A DNA stretch of 55,679 nt, filler included, from Jimgerdemannia flammicorona (taxonomy: Eukaryota), in assembly GCA_003990765.1 (NCBI GenBank). It is 2 parts of 2 records of this genome, joined end to end, with 100 filler letters (N's around TTAATTAATTAA, not from the genome) between each part and the next. Parts side by side here need not be neighbours in the genome. Positions count along the whole stretch, not along the records: positions 27,897 to 55,679 come from RBNJ01000603.1; 1 more part is not named here. One strand, written 5' to 3'. The translations under genes and the position numbers were made by a program. Below are positions 38,301 to 50,400 of this stretch, piece by piece. The first letter of the stretch is position 1. Each line of letters starts with the position of its first letter. The notes beneath the pieces were generated by a model that was not told the DNA's origin, did not search any database, and saw only the letters and a program-made list of their open reading frames with translations.

Positions 38301-39355
38301 GGGTATCCTCGCAATCTTGCGCTAAGCAGCAGCCGCAGGAATCACTCGAGCGTGAAACGCCCGACTCTGCCATACGGGGTGCCGGATATTGCGGATCGCC
38401 AGGTAACATAAACTCATAAACTTGCCTTGTAATTGATGGTGGTGGGGCGCGAAGACGAGGGGAACCTTTAAAGCACCACCCGATTTTCTCAGCCACGTGA
38501 TTCAACTTTGGTTTTCGGTACAAGGTGAAGGCCCCGAAATAAAGTTATGATATAGGGAGAAGGGGTTGAGCTCGTTGAACCAGGAATGGTAGGGGCCGCG
38601 CTCGCGGTCCGACAGGGAGGAGCGCGGGAGGTGGGGTGTGGCCGGTATAACAGCGGGTGACACCCGCTGAATCCAGGAACCGGCGCGCTCTTGAACGTCG
38701 ACATCGCTGATGTGATCGATCCCTGCCTTCATAAAAACTAATGGAAGAATGCACTTTGGCGCTGGGCGAAGACGGGGGATTATTTTTGGATTACTAGGTT
38801 TTCCTAGTGGGATGACAATATCAATTGAAAGCTTTGACGATAATTGTCTTTCCTGGAGATTTCGGATACCGCAGGTAATTCCTTTCAAGGACATAACTTT
38901 CCCTTGGACGAATGAAGGAGTTGCCTGCACGGCATATCTTACGATACAATTCCGATGGACGTTAAATACACATGAATTTCGTGGGGTTGGGGATCGTCCC
39001 TCCTTGATACATGTATATTCATTATAGAGGAGTATGAACCTGATGCTCGTATTACATGGTTCCTGTATCGTTTTAGGTATGGCGTTGCCGCCTCTGTGGG
39101 TTATGTTTTTGCTTACTTGGGAGGACATCATCGACACAATTATGATACTGCGGCCTGAAAGACAACTCCGAGCAACGGGTTGTGATAGTGAAATTTCGCA
39201 AACACGAACGGACGGAACAATACAAACGGGACAACAGGATCGGGCGCATTTCAAGATATCTGGTTTGTGTTGTTTCACATGGGTGAAAGTTTACAAGCGC
39301 CCCGAGCCCAATCTGTCTTGGTCCCGAGTGAAGTATTTCCTGTTCTTGTTCGTCC

Positions 39356-40012
39356 ATGGTTCAAAATATGAAGTCGTCCAAGGAACATAGACAACAAATT
39401 CTCCAAAAACTTGTGGACCTACCTGCTGCAGGATTCGTAGTCGAAGATATTCATACGCAAGTCTCGGCGGCTAACCTGAACGCCTTTCGGGGGACGAGCG
39501 AGGACGACCCATTCGAGGATGTGAAAGCGTGGATCAGTTTTTTCCACAAAGAAGATGGAGACCCGGAGGAGCCAAAGAAACAAATCCGTGCACGTAAGCG
39601 CATTGAGATCGCGTACGAAGTGTACTCCAAGCTTTGCTTCTTCTTACTCGCACGCCGCATCAAGACGTATGTCGGAAGCCTGCGTAAAGATAAAGAGATG
39701 CACAAAGCCAAGCGCGAGAACGACCGGCTTCAAGGCCTCTTCCCTCATTCAATCCAAAAGCACTACGATCAATACTTCTTTCGCGCAAGAACCTGCTACC
39801 TTCTCCTCCTCAAGCTCGGTTTCCCGTTCTTCCTCGGAGACGATGCACCTACCGTTCGAGTGCTATACACCATGGACAAGAGATCTGTTTCCGAAATCTG
39901 CGACCAGGTTATTGCGACAGATCCCAATTTAAATCCGAATTTGGAGGTGGAGGATAAGACCAAACTGTTAGTATTTTCGGATTTTCTCGAATGGTTGTCT
40001 GACGATCGTTAA
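39356..40012 (+). CDS. Hypothetical helical protein, 218 aa (may splice on to exons at ~40046-40207 and beyond)
   Basis: Uninterrupted ORF with gene-like codon usage and CpG retained; motif RARTCYLLLLKLG. Confidence 0.65.
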   Translation: MVQNMKSSKEHRQQILQKLVDLPAAGFVVEDIHTQVSAANLNAFRGTSEDDPFEDVKAWISFFHKEDGDPEEPKKQIRARKRIEIAYEVYSKLCFFLLARRIKTYVGSLRKDKEMHKAKRENDRLQGLFPHSIQKHYDQYFFRARTCYLLLLKLGFPFFLGDDAPTVRVLYTMDKRSVSEICDQVIATDPNLNPNLEVEDKTKLLVFSDFLEWLSDDR

Positions 40013-41428
40013 CACTTGCAAGCTAATTTTGTTTTTAATAATCAGAATCGCCCCATCAACCCCAATCCCCATCGTCCAAGATATCGCGAGTGAAATGGTC
40101 ACTAATGACAGCAACGACGGCAGCGACGTTGTCGACGTTGGTGACGTTGGTACAGTTGACGAGACGAGCAGCGAGAAGCACAGGCTATCTGACAAGGAAG
40201 ACAGCACGTAAGCCATTGCATACTTTTTTTTTTTTGGGAATTTCAGCATGACTTCGGTGAGACCTTGCTTACAGTCATCTTATCGTTCTCTTTTTATAAA
40301 GATCAGAGACGGAACGGCCCAAGCAGCGGAACAAAAGAGCCCGGCTTCTTTCCGATTACAAAGGCAACCTTTTTTTGCGTAGTCCACTCCGGCGTACTCG
40401 ACAGGGCGCCATCTTTGGATCGACGTGAACATTCTTCTCGTGTTTGTTTACCCTCTTATCAGATATTCATTCTCATTCATACGTGATGCTTGGAGGGAAA
40501 GGAGTGGCCAGGTACCTGGTGCCAAGGAAATTATAGTTGCCGAACTCAAGAACGAGAAGCAGTGTTGCAGAAATTATTCACGCTCATTGTTCTTTGCGAA
40601 ATGGGCCACCTTTCCTTTTGTTTATGTTATAAATATGACAACGTTCTTATTTCATTCCTGTGCCAACATCCCGCTCAATCGGTCCATAATCTCCTCCAGT
40701 AAAGCCACTTTTCCCGGTTCGAAAAAGGGATGAGAAATGCTGCACTGGGCAATGTCGTTACGGAGGTATGAAAAGAAAAGGTTGTTAGGTAAACCGAAGA
40801 CAAATGTCAAACAAATGTCATGCGGTTATGAAAAGTGAGCGACAAAGGTTGAAATTGATGGACCTTGCAGAAATCAAAGTTTGTTAGAAGTGCATAGACC
40901 AAATATTGAGATCACTTCTTACGCGCGCCAAACAACAAACCTACAATGTGATCCCACTCTGTCGATCTCGGTGTATGATTTCCTCGTCATGGGTGTAGTT
41001 GAAAGCCCGAAAGCCCAAATTTGAATCTTTTGACATATGTCATCGGCCATCGTCTAACCCTCAATCATGTCATCGCTAGTCCTATATGCTTTATTCTAGC
41101 AACGGACTCCGAGTCTATACGTTTCTAACTTTAATTTCGTTTTTGGAACAACCTCGGAGAATTATATACAGGGTCATGTTGCAAAACAATTGACGTTGAC
41201 TCTCCCAACGGGGACAAAGCTATGGCTTTACATTGATGGTTAGTGCGCTATGTGTAGGACACGCATGAAATAACTACACTGTATGTAATCCGAGTATCGG
41301 TTTCTCCATCTGGCCAGTACAGTAAATTCAAGGGTTCGACATCGTCTTTGGCGCGTGACTGCTATACAATATGATTTATGGGTTACGGACATGGTCTTGC
41401 TGTCTGTTTAAATCAAACCGTCCTTTGC

Positions 41429-44069
41429 ATGGCTCCACCAAAGCCCTCCGCAACAGATATCCGTTCGCGCAAGGCTGCAAAGCGCTCCTCCAGAGATGCC
41501 AAGGCCGCCTCACCCTCCCAGCAACGGGCTGGGCCTATACCCAGGCAAGCTACTGCTCCTCTCCAGCCTACAAATAGCTTGAACCTCATTCACTGACTCG
41601 CGTCCCCCACTTCCGCACAGACCCTACACACCCCCTTCGAAGCCCTACTGTCCATCTTTTCCCGTGGTCTTCAAGTTTTTCATGATCGTCCGATGCATCG
41701 CCGCCGTATACTCTAACATCAGCGACTGCGACGAGGTCTTCAATTACTGGGAGGATTCACACTACCTGCAGTATGGGTACGGTTTACAGACTTGGGAGTA
41801 CTCGCCAGAGTACGCTATACGTAGCTGGGCATATGCTGGGTTGCATGCGCTTGCGGGGGCTGTGTTTGGCATGTTTGCGGACAATAAGGTGAGGATGGTT
41901 TGCCGGTTGAGGGGGATCTACGCCGTGAATAATACAAGTGCAGAGATCTAGCTTTCTTGTGGTAATCGATATAAAACGCATCTACCGGCAAATCACCATA
42001 CTTGCCCAGATGCAAGTCTTTTACCTTATCCGCATGACTCTCGGCATCCTTTCCGCTTACTGCGAGGCCCGCTTCTACCGCGCCGTCGTTGACGAAGTCA
42101 ATCCACACGTCGGCCGCTACGTGCTCGTTGCCCTCCTATTCAGTGCCGGCATGTTCAACGCCTCAACCGGTAAGCGCCCACTTTCGATCACCTCCTTGAG
42201 GCAACCTCGTATTCCGTCTAACCCCCTCCCCTTCCCAAACAGCCTACCTTCCCTCAACCTTCGCTATGTTCATGACCTTCCTCGCCTTTACCCACGTCCT
42301 CCGCACCCCCTCAAATCACTCCCGCGCCCGCACCTACGGCGCGGTCCTCCATTTCGCTCTCGGTGCTCTCCTTGGCTGGCCCTTCAGCGCGGCCCTCGGG
42401 ATCCCATTCGCCATCGAGGAGTTGCTCGTGCACGGACCCGAGGGCGTTGTACGGCAAGATGGCGGAGTCGAGACCGTCAAGGCGTCAGGGTGGCGCGTAC
42501 GGAGGGCCATCAGACTCGTCGAGGCCGCCGTTGTGTGTTTCGTTGTTGTGCTTGGGCCAATTGTTGTAATTGATTGGTGGTTTTATCGGCGGGTTGTTGT
42601 AGTGCCGGCAAATATCGTTGCGTATAATGTGTTTGGTGGGAGCGAGAGGGGGCCAGATATTTATGGCACCGAGCCATGGTGGTTTTATGCAATGAATGGG
42701 CTGTTGAATTTTAATGTGTTGTTTGTGTTGGCGGTGGCGAGTGGGGCGTGTTTGGTGAGTATTATTTATTTATTTTTATTTTATTTTATTTTATTTTATT
42801 TTTTGCAAGATCACCCTACTAATAATCACTTACCCGCTTAACGCCTCCTTCCCAGTTCATCACAAGTATTATCGATCGCGATCGTCTCGGCTCCTCCACC
42901 CCTCCCGGCACATCCTCCCATGTCTCGACCTCCCCCTTCCTCGTCATGTCGCTCAAGCTGTCCCCACTCTACCTCTGGCTGATCATCTTCACGCTCCAAC
43001 CGCATAAGGAAGAACGCTTCCTCTTCGTCGCCTACCCGGTCATTTGTCTCAATGCCGGGATTGCTCTCTTCCTCATCAAAGGCTGGACGAATCGTCTAGG
43101 CGCCCTTCTGGGCGTCCACCCGCAGCTTCGTCAGCAACTTTTGTCCCTTCTCGTCGCCGCTGTCCTCCTCACTTCTACGGTTGTGTCCATCTCTCGCGTC
43201 ATTGCACTTGGGAGGCATTATCGCGCACCATTGGGGTTGTTTACCGCGTTGTGGATCGAGCCATTGAAGGGGAGATTTGCGAATCTGACAAATGGACTCA
43301 AGATGGAAGAGGAGATGGTTAATTTTTGTGTTGGGAAGGAGTGGTATAGGTTCCCATCGAGTTACTTCTTGCCCAAGGGTGTAAGACTGAGGTTCGTGGA
43401 GAGCGAATTCAAGGGGTTATTACCCGGGGAATTTGTCGAAGATTTCACGGTTATCGGTGGAGAGGAAGGAGTGATGCCGAAGAGGGTCAGAGAGTGGAGG
43501 TGGAATGGGACTTGGATCGTGCCGGAGGGAATGAATGATCTGAATAGAGAGGAGAGAAGCAGATACGTGGGTTGTCCGTCCTCCCTTTCCGTTTGTTTTG
43601 GCCCTTTCCTTTCACACCACTCATATGTCGTGTACACTCCCCAAATCAACAGGTGGATCCTTCGACATGCACCTACCTGGTCGACTCGGACTTCCCGCAT
43701 CGCTATGTGGATGCCGCCTACGCGCCGCCGCCGCGCGAGCCACGCTATGCGCTCGACGCCGACACCTGGGAGCGCCTGGCGTGCCGCCCTTTCCTCGACG
43801 CCGAGAACTCCAACCGCTGGAGCCGTGCGTTCTGGGTTCCTGGCGCTAGAGGGAAGGTGTGGGGGGAGTATTGCTTATTGGGAAGGAAGGCGAAGGAGGG
43901 GATGGCGAAGGGACAAATAGAAAATGTGGGAGGGGAGACAGTGAACGAGACGGTGGGGCGGCAGGAGGAGATTGGTGAGGAGAAGGTGAAGGCGGCGACG
44001 GTGGAGGTGGATGGAGAGGAGGTGGTGGAGAAAAAGGAAACGCCTAGAGTTGTGGTAGAGGATGTGTAG
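41429..44069 (+). CDS. ALG9: Dol-P-Man alpha-1,2-mannosyltransferase (GT22), six exons
   Basis: Motifs ISDCDEVFNYWE, QTWEYSPEYAIRSWAY, AYLPSTFAM, GWPF, GPDIYGTEPWWFY, QPHKEERFL, CVGKEWYRFPSSYFLP; exons 41429-41544, 41621-41888, 42010-42169, 42243-42754, 42856-43566, 43653-44069. Confidence 0.96.
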
Positions 44070-44332
44070 TAGCTCGAAGAGAAAATTGTATGAGGGGATT
44101 TTGACGAGAAATGATAGAAATTATAGAGGAACGTTGGTTTTTTTTATATTTAGTTTCTGTTGCCACCAAAAGCAATCATGATTGCAATTGTGTTTCGTAC
44201 CGGACGTAAAAGGCAAGCGAGGTTTGACCAGATCCAAGTATAATAAACAAATGTGAAAAGACAGCTTCAACCTTTATTGCCTTACGATTGCGGCAATGCG
44301 CATCCCTCAACCAACAAAACAACTAACGTAGA

Positions 44333-45452
44333 TCAATCCCAATCCCCATGATGCGCTTCGCCGGTCCTCTTCGCATTGATATTAACCGCCCCCGTCACCG
44401 CCTTGACCTCGAACAAATCCTTCCCCCTATTCGCCATCACGCGATTAAACTCCGCCATCAACAGCACCCCGACCGACGTGACACCCAACGACTCGACGCC
44501 CTCCGTCATCGGCACCGCCACCCGCAAATAATCCTCCGGTATCCTACTGGTGAATTTCGGATAGTGCTCCGAATTTATCACTAATGCAATCTTCTTCGGC
44601 AACTCCATCTTCCTCTCTCCAAAATTCCATAGCCTCAACCCATTCGGCGTCTCGCCTCGACCAACCTCAGTGCTCAGCCCACCAGGCCACCGCTTCGGAA
44701 CCATATCCGCAATAATGGGCGTGAAGTCGTGGTCCTCAAGATATGATTCCAACGCCTCCCAGTTCCCGTTCAGCGCCGGCCAGAACAACGACAGCCCACG
44801 CGACGTCCGAACCGTCTGGTCATTGAACAGGTCAATTGTACCCGGCAACCTCCATCCGGCATTCCAGCCCAGAGCGCGCGCAGTGCGCACAATACTGCCA
44901 AAGTTATTGGCGTCGTTCACTTGGTCTAACACGAGAAGGCGGTCGGTGTTGGAGGGGAAAGACAGCCGAGGATAGGGAATTTCGGCCCAGATCTCGTGAT
45001 TACTCGGTCTCGCGGCCGTACCAAGAAGCTTGCGCGTTAGGTTGATATCCGTCAAGTAATACTTCTCAGCTGGGAGGAGGTCCGGATCACGGAGCACCGT
45101 TAGCGCCGGGTGGAGAATCGCTTCCTCGTTATGTGGCTCCAGGGGCGCGGTGATACCGACGGATCTGAGAGGCATATTGGCGTTGCGGAGCGCTTGGATT
45201 GCTTTGAGGCCTTGAACGATAGTCAATTGTTGTTCCGTGCGGTAGGCTTAGGCAAGGAGAGAGGGGGGGGGGGAGGAGAATGGTGGTCGGTGATTGTTTC
45301 TGAAGTGTTGTTTATCGGTTTGGTGTGCGGGGAGAATAGATACCCTTATTTTCGCGGAGCTTGAGAAGATGGTCAACAACCTTGTTGTTCTGAGGTAGGA
45401 GACGGATGAATTTTGAGGGGTACTTGTACTTGGAGGGTAGATTGGAAGCCAT
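44333..45452 (-). CDS. SpoU/TrmH-family (SPOUT) RNA 2'-O-methyltransferase, MRM3/RNMTL1-like
   Basis: LLVLDQVNDANNFGSIVRTARALGW and VPMTEGVESLGV motifs; exons 45344-45452 and 44333-45246 with a phase-1 GT-AG intron. Confidence 0.88.
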
Positions 45453-45877
45453 GGTTTGCGACTATGTGTATAGACGGTGAAGCATAGACGTGAAGCGTGA
45501 GGAGACAAGCCACCCGATGAAAAAAAATTTATATAATTATAGTGCACAGTATATACTTATACTCAACCTTTTGCTTATAACTTTATATTGTACTTAATAA
45601 AAATAAAAATAAAAAATAAAAATTATATAAATTGATATAAAATCTTATTGAGTCTAATCAAATAGAGAGTTTTTTTTATTATTGTTTATAATATTTTAAT
45701 TAAATGGTTTTTTATATAAATTATATCTATTTTTTATATTTACACTAAGATCAGTCACAATTTCGGCCTTAAATAATTATAAGTCAGTTTAGCTTTAATT
45801 GTAAGCCAAAAACTCAAGCCAAAAACTTAAGCTACTTAAGCTAATACTTAAGGCCACTATTTGAGATTACTATTCAT

Positions 45878-46417
45878 TAGTGCTCCGAACAAATCAACCA
45901 TTGTTTTGATTTCCAAATTGGACAATTAAATGTTTATATCAATAACTCGATGAATAATCTTCCAAATTTGATGATATTGGTGTCATTTGAAAGCCCTTAA
46001 TAAGGCCTTTCTAATAATACTAAGAACATTAAAATAGGATTGTGCATTACAGAGATATTAAGGAAAATGTTCTATTTGACGAAATTTCCAAAATTGGCAA
46101 ATTGAAGAATTTCCAAAATCGGTGATTCAGACATTTTCCTTCATAACTCAGCAACACATGATCCGATTTCAATGTTCTTGGTATCATTAGATAGGCCTTA
46201 TTAAGGACTTTCAAATGACACCAAGATCATCAAATTTGAATGATTATTTATCGAGTTATTGATGTAAATATTTAATTGTCTAATTTGGAAATCAAAACAA
46301 TGGTTGATTTGAATCCATCCAGATGGGATTTGAATCCCATCCAAGTTGATCCAGATGGGATTCAATCTGAATCAATCTGGATCCAATCCAGATTAAATTG
46401 ACTCATTAGGAGTACTA
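45878..46417. mobile_element. hAT-type MITE (palindromic), relatively young copy
   Basis: TIRs TAGTGCTCCGAA / TTAGGAGTACTA; perfect 8-bp TSD CTATTCAT; ~410-bp internal inverted repeat. Confidence 0.92.
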
Positions 46418-46896
46418 CTATTCATATAATAGTTCTAGTTTCTTTAAGAGAAAGTAGCTAAGTCTAGTGATTCTGGTGGATCTAAAGTAACTTGAAGAGA
46501 TACTTGTAAGTTTAAGTATTCTCAAAGGAATTCTAAGAGAAAATATTCTAAGCTTTATTTAAGTAGAGAATAAGGATATTTATATAAAATCTGAAAGGAA
46601 GATCTAGAAGGATCTTGAAAAAGAAGAGAAAGACTAAAAAATAAAGTTTTAGTAAAAATGATTAATAGAATTCTATAATATTCCAAAAGATTCTATAACT
46701 AAATACTTAGTACTACTTAATATTAAAAAAAGATAAAAATATTCTAGTAGTACATATCTTGGTATTAAGAGAAGATTTCTAGACATTTGGAAGATACAAA
46801 AATATAGTAGAATATTTAAAAAAAGATAAGAAAAGACTAGTAAAAAGATATAAAAAAATACTAAGACTAAAATATAACTATGAAATTTTTATATAT

Positions 46897-47372
46897 TGTG
46901 ACAGTACAGCCAGATTTGGAAGAAGGAAATAGGGAATAGACACTTGATCATACTCATTCCCAAAGTAGTATAGCATTATAGTTAGCAGTCCTCGATTCCA
47001 ACATTGTCTAATTTCTTAGACATTGTCTAAATTTTAGACATTATCCAAATCGAATACTCTGATTTAGTATAGTCTTTAGATATTGTCCAAATGTTTTGAC
47101 AAAGTCCAAATGACTCATTTATTACTTAGCCACTCTCTCATAGCTAGCAAACTTGTATAAATAACCCAGTATCTTCAAGTGAATAAACCTCAGATCGAAA
47201 TAGTTCAAAGCAAAGAGATAGCAAAGGAACTAGTAAGCCTGTGGGCAGATACACTTCGAACTCACCCACCCTCCCCTGCAACTTCAAGAGACTCTGTGAG
47301 AGTCAGAACAGTCAAGTTTTCAAGATACAGAAATCTGACGTACTTTCAAGAGTAAGCGTCTGCTATGTTACA
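46897..47372 (+). repeat. 5' LTR
   Basis: TGTGAC...GTTACA, 476 bp, direct repeat of 53151-53626. Confidence 0.97.
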
Positions 47373-47375
47373 ACT

Positions 47376-47393
47376 TGGTGCCCATTGGCTGGT
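47376..47393 (+). promoter_or_regulatory. Putative primer-binding site
   Basis: TGGTGCCCATTGG... begins 3 nt after the 5' LTR; primer tRNA not identified. Confidence 0.7.
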
Positions 47394-47486
47394 GATTCAA
47401 GACGAATCCCTCACTTTCAAGCTGAACAACAAACAACCACCACTACCCGAACAACCATACAAACCAAGCCCCAATACCCAGACAAG

Positions 47487-50400
47487 ATGGATATGAGACT
47501 GCCAGTATTCCATGGATATACTTCAGATGAATCAATCATCACCTTCATTGATGATTTCAAGCAGTATGCTGCTGTAAGGACTCTGACAGCAGCACAGCAA
47601 GTAGCCCTCATGTCCTTCAGCCTACAAGGCCCTGCCAGAGCAGCATTTACAGCCGCAACCTATGCAGGAAATGATGACGATGCCATACTGACGGCATAGA
47701 AGACCTGGCTCCGAAACACATATTACACAGATGAGATCAAGCAAGCCCTGAAGGATCAGCTCAATACAATGTGCCAAGGAATGAGTGAGGATCCAAACAT
47801 ATTCTATACTAGAATTTGATATCAGATAATCCTTGCAGATTATGCTGCTGCTACCCGAGATCAAGTAGCTGAAGCAATCTTCATGAAAGGAGTCCATCCA
47901 GAAATAGCCATGGCCATCCACTCATCACCAGTGATTCTGGATCTGCTACAAAGAGTCACCTATGCTCAGCGATACTGGATAGCCAGACACCCACAAGACC
48001 ATACAATGGAGAGAGTTACAGAAGTCAGAATTGAGGCACCCAAGGCAACTAGCATGATCCCCACTACAATGATCAATCAAAACACACCTCAGCCAAAAGC
48101 TACTGAGCAGCAAAAGAACAGCGACCCTATGGAGGAACTTGCCAAAAGGTTTGCCAAAATGACTGCCCACCTGGGAGATGTGGTAAAGGAAATTCGAGGA
48201 AGAGATTGCCACCCTGTTCAGAAGTTTGCCGCCACCTCAGACAAGAAGAAAGGTACCTGCTACAGCTGCGGAGAAGAAGGCCACTACTCCTATAAATGCA
48301 TGAGCAAAACCAAGCGCAAGGCTCAACCAAGCAATGCGACATGAAACAAGGAGTAGGCCAATATAATTACCTTCAAGGAGATCGGAGATTCTGATGAAGA
48401 AGAATGGGAGGCCTATCCTGCTCAGACCACCAAGAAGGATGTTTGCAAAGAACCCTATAAGAGACCGCCAGGAAGACCCAAGAATCCAGTGGAAAAACAG
48501 ATGGAAACTGTCACAGAAAGTCAAGCCGAAGAGATAGACCAAGATATCGAGCTGGAGCAAGCAGTTCAAGATATCATCCGAGAAACCACTCCAGCCAGTG
48601 AAGGAGAAAAAGAAAAGAAGCTTCGCAAGACCAAGACCTTCAAGTATGATATCTTCAAGGATCTCAGTCAACAAAAGGTCAATGCAACCTTTGGTCAGCT
48701 CGCAGAAATCCCAACATTCAGACAGCAAATGAGGTTTGGACTTGCCGAAACAACCAAGGAACAAGGATGGAAGATAACTGAGGCCAATAATGTTCAAGAG
48801 GACTCAGGAGAAGAAAGTGAGAATAATCGCAAAACCTCTGCTTATGTAATATGCCAAATTGAGGATCGAGTCTTTGAAGCCACCATTGACACAGGAGCAG
48901 GAGGATGTCTCCTCAGTAAGAAAGCAGCAGACTGCCTAGGTTGAAATGTGGAAGAAGCAACTAAGCTAGTATTCATCACAGCCGATAGCACAAGAGCTAC
49001 ACCTCTGGGAAAGATCCGAGATGTTCCCATCAAGATTGGAGGAGTAACAATCCCAGTAGATGTAATCGTAACCAATGCCACCAACTATGACATCCTCATC
49101 GGCAATCAATGGCTTCACAAAGCCAAGGCGGTAATCGATCTCAATGCCCAGAAGATGCAAATCACCTACCGAGAACAGAAGATATGAATTCCCATCAATG
49201 TCAACAAAGGAGTCCTGCCCGATATGGAGGAAGAAGAGAGCGAGCAAGAGAAAGCTTATATGGTGACTACCGCAAAGAAGAAGAAAGTCGGATGGATGAG
49301 TGAAGAAGAATGGTGCAATAAGATCGCAGAAGGTTATGCCCTACAAGGAGTCTGTCCTCATGGAATCAAGATGTACTATATGGAGCATGTCAATGATTGC
49401 TACCAGTGCACCATCAGAACCAGGAAGATCTACCAGGAAAGAAGTCAGAAAGCTCTCGAAAAACAGATCAGAGAAGAAGAGAAGGAGGAAGATGATGAAC
49501 CACCAGCCCTCCTGGAGGACAGTGATGATGAAGAAGAAATCAAGGTCAAGATTCGAAAAATCCACCCTGATGTAGTCTTGCCGGAATATAAGTCAGAAAA
49601 TGCAGCCGGAATGGACATCGCTACAGTAGAAGAAACTGTACTGGAACCCCAGACAACCACCCTACTCGCGACTGGACTGGAGATGACCATCCCAAAGGAT
49701 CATGTCGGGATTCTCAAGACAAGAAGTAGCTTGGCTAGAAGCGAAATTACAATCGAAGGAGGAGTCATCGATTCAGACTATACTGGAGAAATTCTACTCA
49801 TTGCTAGGAACCACAATCCTACAATTCCATTCCCAGTCAAGAAGAAGGACTGATTGGCACAGATGTTGATCTTCCCAATCATACAGCCAAGGATCATAGA
49901 AGTCAAGAATCTAGAGGAAATGAAAAGAGGAAAGAAAGGATTTGGATCCACAGGAAGAGGAGTATTTGCCAGCACCAAGATCACCGAACTCGAGCATAAG
50001 AAGGAGGAAAACATGAGCAAGCACAGTTACACCATTGGAAACGAATTCCCACTCAAGGAGGAACTCAAGAAAATACTCCACAAATTTGAGGATGTCCTTG
50101 CCATGGATTTCAAGGATATCAAGAGAAAGACCCCACACTACTATCACGAGGTAGATACTGGAGACACCGAACCAATTTACCAGAAAGCAAGACCTGTCCT
50201 GCCAGCCTACCGAGAATGGCTTAGAGAAGAAATCAAGCAGATGGAAGAAGCCGGCATCATCAAAGAAGCCAGTAGCCCCTGGTCTTCACCAGTTGTACTA
50301 GCCCCGAAAAAAGGAAGCAAACCTGGAGAATTTGCCCCAAGGCTCTGTGTCGACTACAGAAAGCTTAATGCAGTCACCAAGAAGGATCGCCAACCACTGC

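Noticed and set aside
38651..38669. Perfect 9-bp inverted repeat CAGCGGGTG-A-CACCCGCTG
   Set aside because: Single short palindrome in GC-rich sequence with no supporting context.
38502..39390. Overlapping 90-258 aa ORFs on both strands
   Set aside because: No recognisable motifs or consistent codon bias; I cannot choose a real frame.
47241..47486. N-terminal part of ORF 47241-47699 and ORF 27530-27772
   Set aside because: They lie in the LTR/leader; the likely gag start is ATG 47487 (MDMRLPVFHG).
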